Shown: positions 51,365-61,456 of the stretch, one piece after another
How positions within the stretch are numbered: position 1 is the stretch's first letter
How the letters are laid out: every line of letters starts with the position of its first letter
NCBI GenBank assembly: GCA_963771175.1
Contig: CAVYSY010000002.1
Coordinates: forward strand, 107,011-171,010
DNA length: 64,000 bases
Direction of reading: 5' to 3'
Origin: an uncultured delta proteobacterium
Lineage (GTDB): Bacteria; Myxococcota; Myxococcia; Myxococcales; Myxococcaceae
Translations under genes and position numbers: made by a program
The notes under the pieces: generated by a model
What the model saw: the letters and a program-made list of their open reading frames with translations, nothing else
Databases searched by the model: none
Told to the model about the DNA's origin: nothing

Positions 51365-51703
51365 ATGAACAAGCTCCGCAAGCTGTCCGTCGTTGCCCTC
51401 CTCTCCATCGGTGCCAGCAGCCTGTCCGGCTGCGCGGGCATCGCCTTCCCCGGTGCGGTCGGCTTCTCCAGCCTCTACGCCAACACCTCCGGCTACGCGT
51501 TCGTGAACGAGCAGACCAAGCTCGGCTCGAAGTCGGGCGAGGGCTGCGTCACGTCCATCCTCGGCATCGTCGCCACCGGTGACGCCGGCGTGAACGAGAC
51601 GGCGCGCAAGGCCAACATCAGCCGCGTGACCCACATCGACTACCACTTCGAGAACATCCTCGGCCTGTACGCGAAGTACTGCGCCGTGGTGTACGGAGAG
51701 TAA
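51365..51703 (+). CDS. TRL-like family lipoprotein
   Basis: LSG-C lipobox; KSGEGCVTSILGIVATGDAG...I..V..ID....ILGLY...C.VVYGE. Confidence 0.8.
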   Translation: MNKLRKLSVVALLSIGASSLSGCAGIAFPGAVGFSSLYANTSGYAFVNEQTKLGSKSGEGCVTSILGIVATGDAGVNETARKANISRVTHIDYHFENILGLYAKYCAVVYGE

Positions 51704-51715
51704 CTTCACTCCCGG

Positions 51716-51755
51716 TGCCGCGTCCCCGCTCCGTCGAGCCGAGGGACGCGGTGCG
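51716..51755 (+). terminator. Hairpin after the TRL lipoprotein gene
   Basis: GCCGCGTCCC...GGGACGCGGT followed by a T-containing tract. Confidence 0.5.
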
Positions 51756-51873
51756 TCGTCTCTGTTTCCCCCAAACTCTTGGGGCTGCTAGCTTTCCTGT
51801 CTCGGCTTCCGGACTCCCCTACCCAGGCCCGCAACGGGCCCCGGCCGTGAAGCACAGTGAAAGAGCAGACTCC

Positions 51874-52954
51874 ATGCGACTCAAGACCCTCGTTCGTCCC
51901 CTGTTCCTGATCGCCGCCACCGCGGTGACGCCGGTCTTCGCGCAAGCGGCCAAACCGGCCGCTCCCGCCACCCCGGCCACGGCCACCCAGAAGGCCGTCA
52001 TCGACCGGGCCATGCTCAACGTGTTCAAGGCGCTCCCGGCCCGCTTCGAGGACCCGAAGAACCCCATCACCCCGGAGAAGGTCGAGCTGGGGCGCATGCT
52101 GTACTTCGAGAACCGCCTCTCGAAGAACCAGGACGTCTCCTGCAACAGCTGCCACGACCTGAACAAGTACGGCGTGGACGGCAAGCCCTTCTCGCCGGGC
52201 CACAAGAAGCAGCTCGGCGGCCGCAACTCGCCCACCGTGTACAACGCCGGTGGCCACACCGTGCAGTTCTGGGACGGCCGCGCGCCCACCCTCGAGGAGC
52301 AGGCCAAGGGCCCCATCCTCAACCCGGTCGAGATGGCCATGCCCAGCGAGGCGAGCGTCATCGAGACGCTCAAGTCCATCCCCGGCTACGTCACGGCCTT
52401 CAAGAAGGCCTTCCCCGGCGAGGCCGACGCGGTGACGTACGACAACGTGGGCAAGGCGATCGGCGCCTTCGAGCGCCAGCTCGTCACCCCCTCGCGCTTC
52501 GACAAGTTCCTGGCCGGCGACGAGAAGGCGCTCACCGACGCGGAGAAGGTCGGCCTGAGCAAGTTCCTCGAGCAGGGCTGCCAGACCTGCCACAACGGCG
52601 CCGCCATGGGCGGCTCGCTGCAGAAGCTCGGCATGGTGGTCTCCCTACCAGTCCAAGGACCAGGGCCGCTTCGACGTCACCAAGAACGAGGCGGACAGGA
52701 TGATCTTCCGGGTGCCCACCCTGCGCAACGTGACGAAGACCGCGCCGTACTTCCACGACGGCTCGGTGAAGGACGTGCAGACGGCCGTGAAGCTCATGGC
52801 CCAGCACCAGTTCGGCAAGCAGATCAGCGACGCGGACGTGAAGCACGTCGTCACGTTCCTCGACGCGCTCACCGGCGAGCTGCCCAAGAAGTACATCGCC
52901 AAGCCGAAGCTGCCGGCCAGCGGCCCGAAGACCCCGAAGCCGGATCCGTCGTGA
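51874..52954 (+). CDS. Diheme cytochrome c peroxidase, one frameshift near 52645
   Basis: [71 protein letters not shown]. Confidence 0.9.
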
Positions 52955-53021
52955 CGTGAAGTCCCGGCCTCCGCGCACCCACAGGTGACGCGGGGGCCGT
53001 CGCCTCCGCCCGGGAGGATGG

Positions 53022-54198
53022 CTACGACGCCATCTTCTGCCGGGGCGGGGGCTCGGTGGCCCGGCCCCGCGCGTCGAGCGCCCGGACCACGGCCTCCAGG
53101 GCCGCGATGCGCCGCCCGGCGCGCCCCTGGGCCCACTGCGCGGGAAGACTCGCGCCCAACAACTCCACCCCCTGCTCCACCCCGCCCGTCTTCTGCTTGA
53201 GCGCCCGCGCGCACGCGAGCCGCACGTTCACCGCCTCGGGCACCGGGAAGCCGTCGCGGCGCAGCAAGTCCAGTGCGAACGTCGTCCACACCGCGAGCTT
53301 GTCACCCGGGCGCAGGAAGGCCTGGAAGCGCGCGAGGCCCACCTCGAGCGACTCGCCCGCCAGCAGCGCCTCCTCCGACAGCTCCACGTGCAGCGGCGTG
53401 CTGCGGGCCATCGGCTGCCTCGGGGCGAGCACGCTCTCGAAGCGCTCGCCCGAGGAGGGGCGCATCGCCACGAGGTGCACCAGCTCGGAGGGGATGTTCT
53501 GCTCCAGGGGGTGCGCGTTGGCCTCGGCGTAGAGGAGCACGAGGTGCTCGAAGTCCTCGGCGATGGAGCGCAGTTCCTGGGGCGGCTGCCACGCGGACTT
53601 GAAGATGCGCCGACGCGGCGGATCCGTCCGCTTCTCCTGGCAGTCGAGCTGCGTGTCCACCATGTGCACGAAGGGGCGCAGCATGGCGTCAAAGCGCTCC
53701 TGGTCTCCCTCGAGCGCCCCCAGTACTTCCACCACCGCCTCGATGGTGGAGACGCAGTGCTCCGCCGGCTCGGCACGGATGCGGTAGTTGCTCGGGCGGC
53801 GCGGGACAAAGCCGATGCGCGGCAGCCCCGCCAGCAGCGGGTTCGTCTTCACCACCTTGCGCGCCAGCGGCCAGGTGCCGTCCACCACGATGAGCGTCTC
53901 GGGCGGATGCATCCGGGCCTCCTCCAGGGGGATGGCCTCCTCGCCCGGGAAGAGGACGGCCACGCGCTCGGGGCGGGCCGCGAGCTCCTCCAGCCGCGAG
54001 TGGCCGGAGAAGTCCACGCCGACGTAGCAGCTCGGAGTTGGGCAGCGACAGGTGCGCCATGCGGGCCGTGCCGATGGCCACCCGCCGCTCACGGGGATGC
54101 TGCAGGAAGACGACCCGCGTGCGCGAGTCCACCTGGGGCACGCGCGCGCAGTAGCACGTGGACTCGGGACGAAGGCAGCGGACACAGAGAGAACGCAC
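53022..54198 (-). CDS. DTW-domain tRNA aminocarboxypropyltransferase-like protein with C-terminal extension, frameshift near 54028
   Basis: CVRCLRP...CYC, FLQHPRE....GTA, VLFPG, IVVDGTW..ARK, SNYRIR, STIEA. Confidence 0.88.
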
Positions 54199-54454
54199 CC
54201 CGCCGCTTTAACGGCACCCCGGGGGGGCGGGCAAGGACTGGCCGCGTGAAGAAGGAAGCGGGGTGCGAGCAAGGCTCGGCAGCCTGGAGGGAGTCAGGGG
54301 AGCCTTGGCTCGCTTCGACCTCTCTCGTTGTCACGGGGTTGCTGCGCGGTGCGTCAGAGTTGACTCCCGCGCGCTGCCTGCCTCCCCGGCTGGTTTCAGG
54401 GTCCAGGCATGTGACAACCTCGTGGATCGGGAGAAACCCGCCCCGAGGTGATTC

Positions 54455-55021
54455 ATGCCCCCTGTCACCGCAGTCTCCTCGCCCCACCCCGCTCCCCGGC
54501 GGATGCGTTACGCCCCCCTGGAAGGCCTGCTGCGAGGCCTGGGCATCCCCGAGCGCTCCCCCGAGATGCAGGAGCTCATCCGGCTGAGTGGAGGGACCGA
54601 TTACGTTCCCGCGGAGATTCCGGTGGAGCGCTTCGCCGAGATGCTCCACTTCCTGGCACGCCAGCACTTCGAGACCCTGCCCCCGTCCGAGGCGCTCTTC
54701 CGCGTGGGCGCGTGCCTCTTCGACGGCTACCGCAAGACGGTGCTGGGGCAGATCCAGCTCGCCGCGCTGCACCTGCTCGGCCCGGAGCGGCTGATGCGCA
54801 AGGTTCCCGAGTTCGTGGGCCGCAGCAGCAACTTCGGCGAGCGCACGACGGAGCGGCTCGGGCCGAACGACTGGCGGGTGTACTTCCGAGGCGTGCCGCT
54901 GCCCGGTGACTACTACAGCGGCATCCTCCACGCCGCCTTGCGCGTCACCGGCGTCGAGGCGCCCCAGACTCGCTGGGAGCAGACCGGCCCCGAGGACATG
55001 ACGTTCGAGGTGCGCTGGTAG
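54455..55021 (+). CDS. DUF2378 family (Myxococcales-restricted) protein
   Basis: LEGLLRGL, EALFRVG..LFDGYRKTVLG, LGPERLMR, SNFGER, YYSGIL. Confidence 0.75.
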   Translation: MPPVTAVSSPHPAPRRMRYAPLEGLLRGLGIPERSPEMQELIRLSGGTDYVPAEIPVERFAEMLHFLARQHFETLPPSEALFRVGACLFDGYRKTVLGQIQLAALHLLGPERLMRKVPEFVGRSSNFGERTTERLGPNDWRVYFRGVPLPGDYYSGILHAALRVTGVEAPQTRWEQTGPEDMTFEVRW

Positions 55022-55176
55022 GCGCTATCGCCGCTCGACGCGCGACGGGAGCCCCCCGCGTCCCACCCTGGCGAATTCGCCTTTCCTCTAGAATCCCCCG
55101 GTTGTCTACTATTGCGGCTTTACGCTAGACCTGTCGGACGAGGTGCGCTCGTCATGACACCGGGGAGAAGAATCCT

Positions 55177-56322
55177 ATGTTGAAGAAGTTCGAGGGCGCG
55201 CTGGGCGTCCTGGTCATGGTGCTCACGCTGGCGGCGTGCCAGCCGAACGAGGCGCGGCAGCAGTCCAACGAGGGTGAGGCGCAGGTGACGGTGCGCGGGT
55301 TGTCCGCGTACGCCATCGACAGGATGGTCATCACCGCGCAGCCCGCAAACGTCACCCTGACGCTGGATAGCGCGGGCAACGGCGCCTTCACCGGCCGCCT
55401 GTTGCTGCCCGCGGGGGATCAGACCCTGACGGCCCAGGGCTATTCCTCCTACTACGTGCCGGACAGCGGCGTGTCGGACGGCGGCTACGCGGACGCGGGC
55501 TCGTCGCTGGACGCGGGTCCGTCGTCGGATGGCGGCGGCCCGAGCGGCGGCGCCCTGGTGGCCACCGGCTCCGTGACCGTCACCATCGTGGCCGGCACCA
55601 GCACCGCGGTGACCCTGCGCATCTATGACATCACGCCGCCGCCGTCGCAGGGTGACATCGGGCCCCTCATCCGCTCGCTCAAGTCCTCCAAGACGGACAT
55701 CACCACCGCCGGCTCCACCCTGCTCGAGGTGGATGCGGTGGATCTGGATGGGGATGCGCTGTCGTACGCCTGGTCGAGCTCCTGCCCGAGCGGCTTCTTC
55801 ACCAACCCCTTCTCCGCCTCCACCAGCTGGTCCAGCAGCTCCCCGGGAGTGTGCAGGATCTCGGTGACGGTCTCCTCCCGCGGCCAGAGCGTCACGGAGA
55901 TGATCGAGGTGACGGTCTTCTCGGCGCCAGTGGATGGTGGCCCGGTTGAGGGCAGCATCCAGGTGAATGGCGAGTACATCGCCCGCCCCGTCATCAACTC
56001 CATCAGCGTCTCGGGCCCGACTGGCGGGTACGTGTATCGCACCGCCCCCAACGCCACCCTGCCCAACATGCAGCCGGGGGTGACGTACTACGTCGAGATG
56101 CAGGTGGATTACGGCACGCGCTTCGGGACCTTCGAGAACAGCCTGGAGTCCGACTGCGGCGGCACCTGGACGAGGTCCTGGGACAGCTGCGGGAGCGGTG
56201 GCAACTGCAACTCGAGCTTCAACTGGACCACGCCCCCCGTCGGGACGGTCTGCAAGCTGACCGCGCGGGCCGCCAACAGCCCCCTCACCGACAGCTTCTC
56301 CGTCGGCGTCGTCATCCGCTGA
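55177..56322 (+). CDS. Lipoprotein with Ig/PKD-like beta domains
   Basis: LAA-C lipobox; AVDLDGDALSYAWSSSC.G.F, Ser/Gly linker, Cys pairs. Confidence 0.8.
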   Translation: MLKKFEGALGVLVMVLTLAACQPNEARQQSNEGEAQVTVRGLSAYAIDRMVITAQPANVTLTLDSAGNGAFTGRLLLPAGDQTLTAQGYSSYYVPDSGVSDGGYADAGSSLDAGPSSDGGGPSGGALVATGSVTVTIVAGTSTAVTLRIYDITPPPSQGDIGPLIRSLKSSKTDITTAGSTLLEVDAVDLDGDALSYAWSSSCPSGFFTNPFSASTSWSSSSPGVCRISVTVSSRGQSVTEMIEVTVFSAPVDGGPVEGSIQVNGEYIARPVINSISVSGPTGGYVYRTAPNATLPNMQPGVTYYVEMQVDYGTRFGTFENSLESDCGGTWTRSWDSCGSGGNCNSSFNWTTPPVGTVCKLTARAANSPLTDSFSVGVVIR

Positions 56323-56505
56323 CGCGGGTGCCCTCCTCCAGCCCCTGGGGTGCATTCCCGGGGCTGGAGGTCGCTGAAGGATTTCCGTCCACCACGTAAA
56401 AAGTGGCGTCGCATCAAAAATCCCAGACTATCGCACCGAAGGGTGTGACCGTTTTCTGCTATTCGTGGTCACTCAGGGGGGGGCTGATAACCAGGGAATT
56501 CTTGA

Positions 56506-57400
56506 ATGTTTCGAGGTCCTACCAGGAGCTCCTCTTCCTCTCGCGCCCCGCAGGTATTCCTCCTGCTGCTGGGGGTGTGCCTCCTGCCAGCGAGGGCCTT
56601 GGCCACGGACGTCCAGGGGGTGCTGTCCACCCACACCGTGTGGACGAAGCGTGGCAGCCCCTACGTGCTCACGGGGGACGTGACGGTGGGCTGGGGCGTG
56701 GAGCTGGTCATCCAGCCCGGAGTACGCGTCATCGCCGCCTCGGAGGACGCGCTGCGGTCCGGGGTGGACTCGCGGCGGGTGGAGCTCATCGTGGATGGCA
56801 CCCTGGTGGTGAAGGGCACCGAGGCACGTCCGGTGGAGCTCACCGCCCAGGGGGAGCGCGGCTCCTGGTACGGCCTCCGGGTGAGGGGTGGCCGGGGCAC
56901 GGTCATTAAAGGAGCGCTCATCTCGCGGGCACTCCAGGGACTGTCGCTGGACACGAGCGCGGAGGTGAGGAACACGTCGGTGAGCGACACCCTGCGGGAC
57001 TGCGTGCGGGTGAGCTGGGGCCGGGCGACGCTGGTGGGCAACCAGTTGAGCGGGTGTGGGGAGAACGGGCTGAGTGTGGAGGTGGGGGCGAGCGCGCGGA
57101 TGGAGCGGACGGTGGTGACGGGCAGTGGTGCCCACGGCGTCGAGTTGCACGGCGGGGGCGAGCTGTTGAACAACACCCTCCGCGACAACGCGGCCTCGGG
57201 CGTGATGCTGCTGGGTGAGACCGAGGCTCCGGTGGTGCGGGACTGTCTCATCGCCGCCAACGGTGGTCATGGCGTGTACAGGGCGGGCTCGGCCCGGGGC
57301 GAGCTGCTCGACAATGACGTCCGGGACAATGTGGCCGGCGACTACGGGGGCCTGGCACTCGCGGGGCGCCATGTGTCCGGCCCGACTCGTGCCCCTGCTC
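56506..57400 (+). CDS. Secreted right-handed beta-helix protein, probably truncated (ORF reads on to 58023 through unrelated sequence)
   Basis: TVWTKRGSPYVLTGDVTV..L.IQPGV, G.L...GT...PV.LT, repeated N..G beta-helix turns; pattern is lost after about 57360. Confidence 0.6.
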
Positions 57401-57625
57401 ACGCCCTGCTGGCCAGGGCCAGCGTCCGTGGCAGGCCGGTCCTTCCCGCGTCCGTGGAGGGGAGCGGACGCGTCGTCGCCCGAGCGTCGCCCATCGAGCG
57501 ACGACAGGTGGAGGAGCACCGGATGAAGGGGCCGGATCGCGAGCAGGAGGTATCGGGCACCCGATTCTCGCGGTCGGGTCCGAAAACGGCCAGGCAGGGG
57601 CGCTCATCCGGGCTCCGAAATCCGC

Positions 57626-57850
57626 ATGAGGCAGACGCTGGAAGCCGAGCGCGGCTACCGGGCTTTGTCCGCGCGGGACCGGCGCTTGGATGGGCTCTTC
57701 TTCGTGGGCGTGTCGACGACGGGCAACTACTTCCGCCCGGTGTGCACGGCGAGGACGCCCCGCCAGGAGCGGTGCGCGTTCTACCGCACGGCCGCCGAGG
57801 CCGAGCGGGCGGGATTCCGCGCCTGCCTCGTGTGCCGCCCCGAACAGGCC
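57626..57850 (+). pseudogene. N-terminal Ada/AlkA metal-binding domain fragment
   Basis: YRALSARDRRLDGLFFVGVSTTGNYFRPVC.AR.P...FY...AE.AGFRACLVCRPE; the usual YCRP Cys is replaced by Phe and no HTH/glycosylase part follows. Confidence 0.8.
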
Positions 57851-58042
57851 CTGGGCAGCGCGATCTCCACCACGGCGTTGTCCCAGCAGTTGCCCTTGCG
57901 CGACATGCTGCAGCCGGGAAGGTGTCAAAGGATGCGAACGGCACCTTCTCCGGTGCTCCCCCAGAATCAGCAGAGGGGAGTAGCGAGGTCGCCTCGCTAC
58001 TCCCCTGTCACACCACCGGATAGGCGGGTCCGCATCCGGCGG

Positions 58043-58089
58043 CTCCATGCCAATGACAGGCAAGGGCTGGAGCGGCTGTGCCGCTACGG
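58043..58089 (+). mobile_element. 47-bp IS91-family transposase remnant
   Basis: Encodes [16 protein letters not shown]; 43/47 identical to 60210..60256. Confidence 0.8.
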
Positions 58090-58130
58090 AGAGAGCCTCG
58101 GGGCCAGGTTCGTGGGGCTCGACACCCTCA

Positions 58131-59603
58131 CTACGGGAAGATGACGCCCAGCGGCGGCTCCTCGCTGGTGAGGAAGCGGGGGAAGGTGGCCGTGTACCGG
58201 GTCGTGTCGACGATGAGGTAGTTGTTCTCGAAGCGCATGCCCAGCAGGCCGGTGCTGCCCCGGTAGGTGCCGAGTACGAACGAGCGCTCGGTGTCCAGCG
58301 TCTTCAGATCGACGGAGATGACCCGGGTGTGGACGAGCCCCGAGCCGCTCAGGGTCCACTTCACCTGGTGGGCGATCGCGAGGCCCTGGCTCTCATTCGC
58401 CAGCGCGTAGACGTTTCCCCAGGTGTTGTAGGTCTCGTCGATGACCTTGCTCTCTCCCTTGCAGTGCTGCGAGGGAATCCGGGTGAGGGTATAGCGGGTG
58501 CGAAACGGCGGCCAGCCGACTGTCTTCCCAGAGATGACGTACCAGCACCCGCGCACCCGGTGTGGCCGGGCGGCCAGCGCGCTGAGCGTCTCCGGCTCGT
58601 TGGCGCGCAGGTACTGCAGGGCCTCGAGCTCCGTGAGGCCATCATCGACGAACGCGGGCTCGGGCTCCACGGGGGCTGTCTTGGCCGGGGATTGCTGGCC
58701 GACGGAGGCAAGCGCCGCCCGCGTCTCCTCCAGCGCCGCGGCCTCCAGGGCCCGTCCCTGCTCGTCGAGCAGCATCAGCTCCTCGGTCAGCGCCGCGTCG
58801 CCGTGAGGAACGGTGGGGACGGAGAAGTCCGCCGCGGGATAGGCGAAGAGGGAGGGCGCGTCCTGGCTGACGAAGAAGCGGGGGAAGGTGGCCACGAAGG
58901 CATCTCCAGAGCCGACCTCGCCGGGGAGGGGTCCGGTCTTGGAGCCGTGGACGATGAGGCGGTTACCCTCGAGGGTCATCGACGTGGCCCGGGTATCCAT
59001 GCTCATGGACGAGCCGATGAGGGCCTGTCGCACCACCGCCAGGGTCTCCGGATCCACGTGGTACAGGCGCAGGTGGGACGGGCCCGTGGGGGACTGCATG
59101 GACGGGAAGGCGAGCGCGAGGCCCTGGTGCTCCACGGCAATCATGCGGGGCGGGCCGTTCACATACGAGCTGTCGATCCCCCGAATCTCCGCCACGCACC
59201 CGGTGGAGGGCAGCCGCTGGACACGGAGCATCCAGCGGAGGCCCACGTCCGGCCGGTACCAGCCGCCGGACGAGGCCACGTACCAGCAGCCCTTCAGCTT
59301 GAGGGGCTCGCTGTACTGCTCGGGGACCGCCGAGGCGTTCAGGAGCGCCTCCTCCGCGGTGAGGTCCGGCTCGAGGGGGGGTGACGCCGCGTCCGTCGTG
59401 CTCGCCCCCTCCTGGGCGGGGGGCAGGGCGTCGGGCGAGACGCCCACCAGCGCGCTCAGCGCGGCTTCGTCCCACGCCTGCTGCTGCTGGTCGTACTCGT
59501 CCGTCCAGGGGGTGAGGGGCTCCACGAGGGGCGTCGCGGCCTGCGCCGCACCGGTGAGCAACAGGGTGGTCACCAAGGGGAACCGCTGCTTCGTCTTCCG
59601 CAT
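58131..59603 (-). CDS. Secreted protein with two tandem Cys-containing domains
   Basis: Signal MRKTKQRFPLVTTLLLTGAAQA; repeat motifs GCWYV...R.PS..C...ID.[ST]Y...GLA.A...VD..TL...LIV...ATFPRF..S..P occur twice. Confidence 0.8.
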   Translation of the reverse strand: MRKTKQRFPLVTTLLLTGAAQAATPLVEPLTPWTDEYDQQQQAWDEAALSALVGVSPDALPPAQEGASTTDAASPPLEPDLTAEEALLNASAVPEQYSEPLKLKGCWYVASSGGWYRPDVGLRWMLRVQRLPSTGCVAEIRGIDSSYVNGPPRMIAVEHQGLALAFPSMQSPTGPSHLRLYHVDPETLAVVRQALIGSSMSMDTRATSMTLEGNRLIVHGSKTGPLPGEVGSGDAFVATFPRFFVSQDAPSLFAYPAADFSVPTVPHGDAALTEELMLLDEQGRALEAAALEETRAALASVGQQSPAKTAPVEPEPAFVDDGLTELEALQYLRANEPETLSALAARPHRVRGCWYVISGKTVGWPPFRTRYTLTRIPSQHCKGESKVIDETYNTWGNVYALANESQGLAIAHQVKWTLSGSGLVHTRVISVDLKTLDTERSFVLGTYRGSTGLLGMRFENNYLIVDTTRYTATFPRFLTSEEPPLGVIFP

Positions 59604-59804
59604 GTCTTCTCTCGTCGAAGGTGAAGGGACAGGGTCGCTGCGGGACTTCCTGGATTTCATACTATACCGGACTGACGAGTATCGAGCCCAGGGGCCCTGC
59701 CCCACTCGAAGCGGCCCTCCCTCACTCCCGCGCGGGACCCCGGCGACTCCGTGAGTTTCGTCACATCCGCCCACGGCCCGCTCCTTCAAAGGCCGGCGAC
59801 TCCT

Positions 59805-59853
59805 GTGGCCACGGATACGGCTGAGCGCCTCGGGGGTAATGCCGAGGAGCTGC
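59805..59853 (-). pseudogene. Crp/Fnr-type HTH C-terminal remnant
   Basis: LLGITPEALSRIR resembles the Crp-family (IASY)LGITPE.LSRIR end; no upstream part is present. Confidence 0.45.
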
Positions 59854-59933
59854 CCGCCGTGTCCCCGTGAATCACTTCCGTGAAGCGCGGGTAGCCTCTC
59901 CAGCGGGAGAGGAGTGGTATGCACGGTGGCGCC

Positions 59934-60155
59934 GTGAATCTGCTCCTCCTCCTAGACTCCGATTTCCTCCCCGACGGCACCGTCCAGATGACCGGCCGCC
60001 GGGCCCAGCACGCCCGTGAGGTGCTCCGTGCCGAGCCCGGGGAGACACTCCGCGTGGGCCGGCTCGGTGGGCTCGTGGGCACCGGCGAGGTGCTGGAGAA
60101 CACCCCCGGCCTGCTCCGCCTGCGCATCTCCCTCACCGATCCGCCCCCTCCCCGA
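59934..60155 (+). pseudogene. rsmE: 5' fragment of 16S rRNA m3U1498 methyltransferase, fused in frame to a transposase remnant
   Basis: [11 protein letters not shown]...[29 protein letters not shown]...L....PPPP, an RsmE N-terminal domain pattern. Confidence 0.7.
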
Positions 60156-60911
60156 AAGCAGCCCCGGTGCGCCTTCCTGGAGGGCTTCTCCCTGCACGCC
60201 AACACGCACCTGCACGCCAACGACAGGCAGGGGCTGGAGCGGCTGTGCCGCTACGGGGCGCGTGGCGCGCTGGCTCTGGAGCGTTTGTCACGAGCGGAGG
60301 ACGGCCGTATCGCCTGGCGGATGAAGCGCCCGCTGCCTGACGGCACCACGCACCTCTTCTTCACCGGGCTGGAACTATTACGGCGTGTGGCGTCCCTGGT
60401 TCCCCCACCCAAGCTGAACCTCACCCGCTTCCATGGCGTCTTTGCTCCGGGCGCGAAGCTGCGGCCATTTCTGGTCCCCCAAGCGGGAGCGGAGGAGGAG
60501 AGCGAAGCGCCCCAGGCAGAGGCGAGGAAGGAAGCGAGGAAGGAGCGGACAGCGAGAGTGGACCAGGCAGGGCTGCTACAAAGGACCTTCGCGGTGGATG
60601 TGTTCGCCTGCGTGAGATGTGGAGGCAGGCGGCGAGTGCTGGCGTACGTGAAGGAAGTGGGAGGGGTGCGCGCGATTCTGGAGCACCTGCGTCTGCCCAC
60701 GGCAAGTGCGAGCCTGGCCGCAGCGCGAGGGCCACCCCAGTCCGCGTGGTGTTGAGGCTCGAGCCGCCCCAGCCAACAGAACCCCTGCCGCGCCCCTTCT
60801 GGGCGGGCGGCCTGGGCCGGCGTGTACCCCAAGGGGGCTGCGCGGCCTCTGCACCGGCCGGGCTCTCAACTCGGGCGGCCTCCATCAACAGGCCTTCAAT
60901 CCGTCCTATGC
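60156..60911 (+). mobile_element. IS91/ISCR-family rolling-circle element remnant (transposase C-terminus plus putative oriIS end)
   Basis: GFSLHA...[50 protein letters not shown]....ILEHL; stop at 60755; downstream GCCTTCAATCCGTCCTATGC resembles the ISCR oriIS (...TTCCTATAC). Confidence 0.85.
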
Positions 60912-61012
60912 TCCAATAAAATTGACGCTGGGCAGTTTCGTACATTTTACTCCAGGTGCGGCCCATGGGGGCTGATGGGTATTCACGTAACAACACAACA
61001 ACAGGAGTCGCT

Positions 61013-61456
61013 ATGTCGAAAGCATGCAAGGCTGTCTTCCAAAACTGGATCCTCGCCCTCGGTGTCATGTCACTGACCGCCTGTGGCGGGACGGAGGCCC
61101 TTGATGAGACGCAGGAGAAGCAGACCGTGCAGGCGGATCCACAGACGTGTTACCAGGAAGCAAGGGCCGAGTACGGAGAGTCCGCCGCTCTCTCCTGCTT
61201 GTACCAAGCCCCTGTCGATGAGCAGGGGAACTCTGCTGGCTCGCTGGCGGCGTCGCAGGTGGAAGCAATGGCCGTCAACTGCGAGGACCCCGCCAACTAC
61301 AGAGACTACCATGGTCCCTGCACCAGCTGGGGCGGCTGCTCTGTCGCGACGGGAGAGGGTTATTCGCATACAGCGTGCGGCAGTTGGCTCTACGCATGGC
61401 TCCGGATTTGCGATGGCCGCCCGGTCGGCTGGGGCTATGGCGCCTGCGCGTGGTAA
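61013..61456 (+). CDS. Small Cys-rich lipoprotein
   Basis: RBS AGGAG; LTA-CGG lipobox; acidic linker; 6-Cys C-terminal core ending GACAW. Confidence 0.8.
   Translation: MSKACKAVFQNWILALGVMSLTACGGTEALDETQEKQTVQADPQTCYQEARAEYGESAALSCLYQAPVDEQGNSAGSLAASQVEAMAVNCEDPANYRDYHGPCTSWGGCSVATGEGYSHTACGSWLYAWLRICDGRPVGWGYGACAW

Noticed and set aside
57400..58023. C-terminal half of the 505-aa beta-helix ORF as a real domain
   Set aside because: It overlaps the Ada fragment in another frame and reads as low-complexity run-through.
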